DNA of 64,000 nucleotides. Source: a virus (Duplodnaviria > Caudoviricetes). The translations under genes and the position numbers were made by a program. The DNA is taken from positions 138,881 through 202,880 of IMG/VR virus record IMGVR_UViG_3300009185_000001. One strand, written 5' to 3'. Position 1 is the first letter of the stretch, and every line of letters begins with the position of its first letter. Of this stretch, positions 58,154-64,000 are shown in pieces. The notes below the pieces were generated by a model. That model was not told the origin of the DNA and did not search any database. It was given only the letters and a program-made list of their open reading frames with translations.

Positions 58154-58387
58154 ATGAACACACTAACAGACAAAACAAAACCTTGGGGAAAAATAACCTT
58201 TATCCATCACAAGACAGGCAAAGAACATTCTTTCTATTCATGCGTAAATAAACTATCAAATAGCCGCTTGTCTGCATTTGATAATGAAGCTCCTTCTATC
58301 GGAGACAACATGGCATGGGTAAAAAGCGTTTTTAGAAAAATCAATGGAAAGTGCAAAGTTTTATCATTTGAGGGAAACATAAAATAA
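58154..58387 (+). CDS. Hypothetical protein
   Basis: 77-aa ORF. Confidence 0.5.
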   Translation: MNTLTDKTKPWGKITFIHHKTGKEHSFYSCVNKLSNSRLSAFDNEAPSIGDNMAWVKSVFRKINGKCKVLSFEGNIK

Positions 58388-58560
58388 AAACATTAACCAC
58401 ACTCCTCGCTACTATCACAGATACTAATATGAAATACCTAAACGACTCTCTAACCTTTGCAATCTTTATGGCTGTGTTCTTCTATTCCATGATGGGACTT
58501 ATCCTTGCTCTTGGAAAGTTTGTAGAGACTCACGGACTATAAGCAAACATCGTTCCTCAG

Positions 58561-58596
58561 AATCCCATCACTCGAAAGGGTGGTGGGATTTTTTTT
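58561..58596 (+). terminator. Intrinsic terminator (identical copy at 60851-60887)
   Basis: AATCCCATCAC..GTGGTGGGATT plus T-run. Confidence 0.85.
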
Positions 58597-58834
58597 GTTC
58601 AACAATATTCAAGTTCAACCTTTTTTTGGAGGTGTTAAAAACTAAAAAATTGACACCTCCAAAAACCCTCGCCCCTGCCCTCGTTGGCGTGTCGCCAAAA
58701 CTTGGCACAGGATATGCTTCTGAAATTATTTTCCCGATTCTAAAAATAATTCTTGCTATTACCAGAAATTCCAATTACTATTTTAAACATGATGAACAAT
58801 TCATCATACCTAACAACAAACCAAATATAATACT

Positions 58835-59869
58835 ATGGCATCAGGAATCACACTCGTAGATCGCATTTACTCCGTCGAAGGCACAGAATGGCACAGAATG
58901 GCTATTCCAAAAGCAAAAATCCTTCGGGAAGAAATCAAAGACATTCTTTGGCCTATCATTCAATCTCCTGCAATGATCCAAGTGGATGGCAACAATATCG
59001 AACTCCCAAACTATAAAGTCCTCTGTGCAGACATGCGTGGACTTCGGGATGACTTGGAAACCGAAATCGTTCCTCTCCATATTCCAAAGTCGGGTTATCA
59101 AGTCATTGACAATCCCCAAGTATGGGAAGTCATGGAGAAGGCACTGAAAGACTTGGATGCTACTATCACAAGCGTCGGAACTTTGGAGGGTGGTAAAAAG
59201 TTTTTTATCTCCTGCGTCATTGGTGACTCAGAAATGGTCATCAATAAAGATAAATTCAAGTTTTATATCAACTTCGTCACTTCCCATGATGGGACTATCA
59301 CGATGTTTGTTTATGACTCTTCCATGCGGATTGTCTGCATGAATACTCTTCGCTGGTCAATGCAAAAGGCAGGAGAAATGGGTTTCCGAATCATGCACAC
59401 TAAGAATGCTTCTCTGGCATTGGAGAATCTTCCTCAACTTGTGAATGCAATTCTCACAGGTCGTTCGGACTTGAAACAAGTCATGGAATACCTCTATAAC
59501 CACAAGTGCGATAAGAATGATGCGCTTGCGATGGCAGCAGGATACTTTGTGGAAACTACTGGAAACAAAGAACTCACCACAAGGTCATGGAAAGCAGCAG
59601 AGCAAATCGGAGGACTCTTTTATTGCGGAATCGAGTGCAATGGGGAGACTCTTTATGACTTGGCAAACGCCGCTACCGAATACTGGACAACAGGACTCGG
59701 AACAGGAATGAAAGGAACCTCACAAAGCGCAAGGCTTTACAAGTCTGCAATGGGTGGAGCAGCAGAACATAAAGAGCAGTTTATCGGAATGCTCTCGGAT
59801 GAGACTCAGCGGACGATCATGCTGGATAAGGGTCGTTCAGCAGTCAAGACTGCCCTTGCGAACGCATAA
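58835..59869 (+). CDS. DUF932 family phage/plasmid protein
   Basis: WH.M, YQVIDN.Q, SVGTLEGGKKFF, TSHDGT, RIVCMNTL, RIMHTKNA. Confidence 0.8.
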   Translation: MASGITLVDRIYSVEGTEWHRMAIPKAKILREEIKDILWPIIQSPAMIQVDGNNIELPNYKVLCADMRGLRDDLETEIVPLHIPKSGYQVIDNPQVWEVMEKALKDLDATITSVGTLEGGKKFFISCVIGDSEMVINKDKFKFYINFVTSHDGTITMFVYDSSMRIVCMNTLRWSMQKAGEMGFRIMHTKNASLALENLPQLVNAILTGRSDLKQVMEYLYNHKCDKNDALAMAAGYFVETTGNKELTTRSWKAAEQIGGLFYCGIECNGETLYDLANAATEYWTTGLGTGMKGTSQSARLYKSAMGGAAEHKEQFIGMLSDETQRTIMLDKGRSAVKTALANA

Positions 59870-59889
59870 GGGAATAACCTCATAAGAAG

Positions 59890-59920
59890 ACCCCACTCTC
59901 AAAAGAGGGTGGGGTTTTTT
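59890..59920 (+). terminator. Intrinsic terminator
   Basis: ACCCCAC/GTGGGGT stem plus T-run. Confidence 0.85.
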
Positions 59921-60125
59921 TATCAATGCGTGTTGAAATGTAACATGGTGTCGCATTACAGCAAGAATTCTACCCATGCGTTTTAAGTCATAGAAAAAAC
60001 TGCGGATATGTATCATTTATATCATTTGAATTTTTTCTTGTAAAAAGTTATTGCAATTACCAGAAATTATTGCTATACTATTTGCTCAATAAAATTCCAT
60101 ACTCAACCAACCAAAAATCCCTAAC

Positions 60126-60311
60126 ATGAAAGAAAACACCGCACTCATCCTCACCGATAAAAAGACCAATAACATTGCTCATATTATCGTCTGCAAAGAT
60201 GAAGAAGAAATAAGCAAATACATAATGAAGGACGATCCCAAGATCAACTATCAAATCGTCCCAAACTGGAATATCGTTTGCAAAGCAGTTGAAAAGTTTC
60301 AAATCAAATAA
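60126..60311 (+). CDS. Small hypothetical protein
   Basis: Downstream of the promoter at 60051. Confidence 0.5.
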   Translation: MKENTALILTDKKTNNIAHIIVCKDEEEISKYIMKDDPKINYQIVPNWNIVCKAVEKFQIK

Positions 60312-60662
60312 TAACCCCAAACCAATAACACCATTGCTATGAAATACTATCCTTAAAAATTTTAATCAATAGTCAAAAACTAAACAAACACCCCATAGGC
60401 AGATTTTGCCTATGGGGTTTTTTATGCGTATAAAAGTTAAGATAGGCAAAAATTGCCCATAGGCAAAAATTGCCTACCTCGGCGGAATTCCTGAAGTTTT
60501 TGGAGGTGTTAAAAACTAAAAAATTGACACCTCCAAAACCTTTGCCCCCTGCCCTCGTTGGCGTGTCGCCAAAATTTGGCATGGTTTGTGCTTCAAATTA
60601 TTTTACCGATTAGAAAAATAGTTCTTGCAATTACCAGAAATAAATTATACTCTATCTGCCTT

Positions 60663-60836
60663 ATGAAATCAAAAGTCATCACCTACGCAGAGTTTGAGAG
60701 AATTGCTGAAAAATTCCCCAAATGCCCCAAGGCAGAATTTCAAGCCTCCATCGAAGAATACTTCGTGGTTGAGTGGGAGGATGGGAAAAATTATCCCTCG
60801 CGCTTGGTTCACTATTTCAAGCCAATATTCGGTTGA
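60663..60836 (+). CDS. 57-aa protein, leaderless single-gene unit
   Basis: Promoter -10 TACTCT 9 nt before ATG; terminator follows. Confidence 0.6.
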   Translation: MKSKVITYAEFERIAEKFPKCPKAEFQASIEEYFVVEWEDGKNYPSRLVHYFKPIFG

Positions 60837-61105
60837 TTAAAAAATCAATCAATCCCATCACTCGAAAGGGTGGTGGGATTTTTTTTTGTCCAAAAATATC
60901 CGAGGGGACAGGGAGAGTTTTGGAGGTGTTAAAAACTAAAAAATTGACACCTCCAAAACCTCCGTCCCCTCCGCTCGTGCGTGAACTGCGGTTAGAATTA
61001 TTTTTCGGAATTCAAAAATAATTCTTGCTATTACCAGAAATAAATGCGATACTTCTTGGCGTGATGAATGAATCATCACAAAACCAAAATCAAAAATAGC
61101 CAAAT

Positions 61106-61645
61106 ATGAACATCAAAATCAGCGCAATCGACAGCCTCCGCGAGGCCACTAAAAGGGGATGCAAGTTTATGACATTCCTCTACACCAGCAAGGGAACAGG
61201 AGAAACCTCCAAGTATCAGATCAACTTCGGTATCAGCAACAAGTCCGCTTGCGAACATGACCGAGAAGCACTTCTTGCCTATGTCCCTCAATCAGAGCTT
61301 GAGGAAACCGCTAAAGCGGAATTGCTCAAGTCCCTCACCGAGACAATCGAAGAGGGTGTCAGCAAGTCCTACACGCAAGCCGATACATATGACTACATCG
61401 GCAAGGGCATCCGTCAGCATAAAGAGACTGGGGAAATCTACATTGACGGCTTCATTCAGTCCAAGGAACAGGTTGAGCCTCCGACCAATCCAAAGAAACC
61501 AGTCAACAGCCGACCCCTCACGCTTGCCAAGAATGCAATCAAAGAGACTTGCAACTTCAAGCGTAACAAGTTCGGCAGCTTCATTCTCAACCCCTCCAAT
61601 ATCGGCGGCATCGTTGTCTGTGGGGATGTCGTAGAGATTCACTAA
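61106..61645 (+). CDS. Hypothetical protein; untagged paralog of 43731-44429
   Basis: Shared F.Y.SK..G...KY....G and FIL.P.NI.GI blocks. Confidence 0.7.
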   Translation: MNIKISAIDSLREATKRGCKFMTFLYTSKGTGETSKYQINFGISNKSACEHDREALLAYVPQSELEETAKAELLKSLTETIEEGVSKSYTQADTYDYIGKGIRQHKETGEIYIDGFIQSKEQVEPPTNPKKPVNSRPLTLAKNAIKETCNFKRNKFGSFILNPSNIGGIVVCGDVVEIH

Positions 61646-61661
61646 AGCACAACGCTCAACC

Positions 61662-61693
61662 AACCCCACTCTTGAAAGAGGGTGGGGTTTTTT
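61662..61693 (+). terminator. Intrinsic terminator
   Basis: AACCCCAC/GTGGGGTT plus T-run. Confidence 0.85.
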
Positions 61694-61999
61694 GTTGCAC
61701 TTAATTAACTATTTAATTAACTATTTAATTAACTATTAACTATCACTTAATTAACACTTAATTAAGGTAGGCAAAAATTGCCTACCTCGGCGGAACTGCG
61801 GAAGTTTTTGGAGGTGTTAAAAACTAAAAAATTGACACCTCCAAAAACCTTTGCCCCCTGCGCGGGTGCGCGAACCTTGGCATGGTTTGTGTTTCAAACT
61901 ATTTTCCCGATTAGAAAAATAGTTCTTGCAATTACCAGAAATATGAATTACTATTTTAACCATGATGAACAACAATCATCATATCTAACAATAACCACT

Positions 62000-62266
62000 A
62001 TGCTAATGCAAACACCAAAGGTAGGGGATCTTGTCCTCTACAGATTCCAAGGAACACGAACTGACATTCCATTCCGAGTCACGCAGGTCGATGAGGCTAA
62101 GGGAACTATCGTGGCTTATGACGAGGCCACAGGGGGTTACGGCTCCGAAACTCATGGGTTCGATATGTGCGAGAAGGGATTGACCAACTTCCCCACGGAC
62201 AAGGCATCTCAAGACCTTGTCTGGAAGAAACTTCGGGCTTACGCGAAACGCGCAGGAGCGATTTAA
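62000..62266 (+). CDS. Small SH3/KOW-like hypothetical protein (likely start 62000)
   Basis: TPKVGDLVLY...FRVTQVD...GTI. Confidence 0.5.
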   Translation: MLMQTPKVGDLVLYRFQGTRTDIPFRVTQVDEAKGTIVAYDEATGGYGSETHGFDMCEKGLTNFPTDKASQDLVWKKLRAYAKRAGAI

Positions 62267-62281
62267 CTCCTCGACCCCACC

Positions 62282-62315
62282 AAACCCTATCCTCGAAAGA
62301 GGGTAGGGTTTTTTT
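62282..62315 (+). terminator. Intrinsic terminator (identical copy at 63121-63153)
   Basis: AACCCTATC/GGTAGGGTT plus T-run. Confidence 0.85.
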
Positions 62316-62553
62316 GTATCTTGGCACGATCCTTGCTTGTAAGCAAAATCTGTGCCAACTATAAAATCTCCTCCCCCGTGAAACTTTTTTTGGAGGTGTC
62401 AAAAAATAAAAATTTGACACCTCCAAAAACTTCCGCCCCCTGCCCTCGTTGGCGTGTCGCCAAAACTTGGCACAGGATATGCTTCAAATTATTTTTCGGA
62501 ATTCAAAAATAATTCTTGCTATTACCAGAAATAAATGCGATACTATTTGTCCT

Positions 62554-63096
62554 ATGGTAAAAAATCCACCAGTCAGTATCGTCCTAACAAATAACGGCGA
62601 TCTCATCGCCACCAACGAAATCAAAGAGGGGGAAGTCCTAAAGCTAACAATTACGGAATACCCTGTCATTCGCGTTCCAGAAAAATTCCTATACGATCAT
62701 ATGATAGGTAGAGAATGTCCTTCTCCATTCATCGTGAGAGAAACCAAACAGCACTATTTCATTGCCGCTATCGACTGTGATGGCTGGAGGGATTTAGTGA
62801 GTGATGCAGAGTTCTACACTGATCCCTATGGCCCTGACGCTGAATACCTCCACGGCATCAAGAAGTCTGCAAAGGCTACTCTGAAGGCAATGAGTGCAGT
62901 TACTCCGGTGACGCTTGAGCGAACCTACAAGATCGAGATGTTCGCCCATCACATCCCTGCGTGGGGATGGTTTGAGTTTGCCTTGGACAAGATTACTCCT
63001 CTTGTTCCGTTCCTTACCAGAAAATCAGCGAGAGAGTATATCAAGGATCGAAGCCTCGAAGGAAACGGCTTCGACTTCCGAGTAGTACCTTGCTGA
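62554..63096 (+). CDS. Hypothetical protein, leaderless (start 62554)
   Basis: -10 GATACT 9 nt before ATG. Confidence 0.55.
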   Translation: MVKNPPVSIVLTNNGDLIATNEIKEGEVLKLTITEYPVIRVPEKFLYDHMIGRECPSPFIVRETKQHYFIAAIDCDGWRDLVSDAEFYTDPYGPDAEYLHGIKKSAKATLKAMSAVTPVTLERTYKIEMFAHHIPAWGWFEFALDKITPLVPFLTRKSAREYIKDRSLEGNGFDFRVVPC

Positions 63097-63621
63097 TAGC
63101 CGTCCGGTCTCGACCCCACCAAACCCTATCCTCGAAAGAGGGTAGGGTTTTTTTGTAGCAGTCTGCAATAACGTAACACTCTGCTACACCATCACACTTA
63201 ATTAACTATTAACTATAATTTAATTGAGACTTAATTAACTATTAACTATAATTTAATTGAGACTTAATTAAATACTCCCTCCGGTTTTTGGAGGTGTTGA
63301 AAAATAAAAGTTTGACACCTCCAAAAACTCGTTTCTTTACAAAACTGATTTGATATAAAATGCGGTAATGAAACAAACATAGTATTAACCGAGGGTGGCT
63401 GTTAAAAAATCTTAATAGACAATTTAAAAGGGATGGGGGTAGGGGAGGCAATGCCCCTCCCCTACCCCCTATATAATCCTCCCAATCTTCCCAATATAAA
63501 CAAGGTTCCTGCTAATCCTCTTAATATCAACAATTTTTGTATAATATTCGTAATATCCTTAATATTAATAATATAATAAAAAATCCCCCTGCGAAGCCTT
63601 TATTTAAGAGGGGTTCTTACT

Positions 63622-63894
63622 ATGCACAAAATAAGTATTAGTATTATGCCACGCAAGAAGACAGATTGGAATAGTAGGATAAAACCTACTAATGACGATA
63701 AACCCATTAAGAAAAAGAATCAGGGGTTTACTGTTAAAAAAGTATTGATTGAAGAAGTATTAGATGAAAGTGGCGAAGTATTGGAAGATACTGTTATGCG
63801 ATTTTCATTTGATGGGATATTGATATATCTGAGTATAGCGGATTCTATTAAAATGAATGTGGAATTAGGAAAGCTTTTAAATTTTAAGAAGTAG
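63622..63894 (+). CDS. Hypothetical protein
   Basis: 90-aa ORF; may start at MPRKK. Confidence 0.45.
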   Translation: MHKISISIMPRKKTDWNSRIKPTNDDKPIKKKNQGFTVKKVLIEEVLDESGEVLEDTVMRFSFDGILIYLSIADSIKMNVELGKLLNFKK

Positions 63895-64000
63895 TTATTG
63901 TTCTATTATTTGTTCTATTTTACGAGTATTAAATAATTCGTCCAGTCTTTCCATTGGGTATAATTTGTCTTTTGGAAGATAGTAGTTATTAATATTCAGA

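Larger units (their letters stand above)
57371..62483. promoter_or_regulatory. sigma54 (-24/-12)-like sites
   Basis: GG-N10-GC with TGGCA core at 57371(+), 57391-57408(-), 58702(+), 60576(+), 62321(+), 62341-62358(-), 62467(+); degenerate at 61877. Confidence 0.55.
48720..62543 (+). promoter_or_regulatory. Repeated early-type promoter TTG(C/A)NN-TTACCAGAAAT...(17)-NANNNT
   Basis: Copies near 48720, 50729, 52009, 52736, 56397, 56598, 57708, 58753, 60051, 60625, 61025, 61926, 62516; exact 17-nt spacer in all. Confidence 0.85.
48541..63326 (+). repeat. Twelve co-oriented 41-bp inverted-repeat elements TTTTGGAGGTGT-N17-ACACCTCCAAAA
   Basis: Starts 48541, 48623, 51912, 56248, 56321, 57438, 58624, 60498, 60918, 61806, 62388, 63286; all intergenic; A-rich spacer always on the + strand. 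Confidence 0.95.

Noticed and set aside
48541-63326. 41-bp IRs as CRISPR repeats or MITE/IS ends
   Set aside because: Spacing ranges from about 70 bp to several kb with whole genes in between; each copy is itself a full dyad; there are no target-site duplications or transposase.

Overview
This is a 64-kb segment of an AT-rich, T4-like large myophage genome in four blocks. (1) 1-35.4 kb is a mostly minus-strand morphogenesis region: baseplate gp6/gp25, clamp loader, small terminase, major capsid gp23, scaffold gp22, intein-containing prohead protease gp21, gp4, neck gp13, portal gp20, and very large fibre/lectin/VWA proteins. It also holds a group I ribozyme core that seems to interrupt no gene. 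(2) 35.6-47.5 kb has small genes, an RmlD-like enzyme, a family of proteins sharing an N-terminal tag, an HNH gene, and a 2-kb RNA island. The island has seven tRNA-type genes: one with a group I intron, one with a 50-nt tRNA-like insert, one apparently topologically rewired. Several unassigned structured RNAs lie between them. (3) 47.5-48.7 kb is non-coding with 34-bp tandem repeats (candidate origin). (4) 48.5-63.4 kb is a plus-strand array of short transcription units (rIIA, rIIB, DUF932, GP88-like and many unknowns). The units are separated by 12 co-oriented copies of a 41-bp inverted repeat plus shared promoter, sigma54-like, palindrome and terminator modules. All calls come from reading the sequence by eye; no database searches or folding programs were run.
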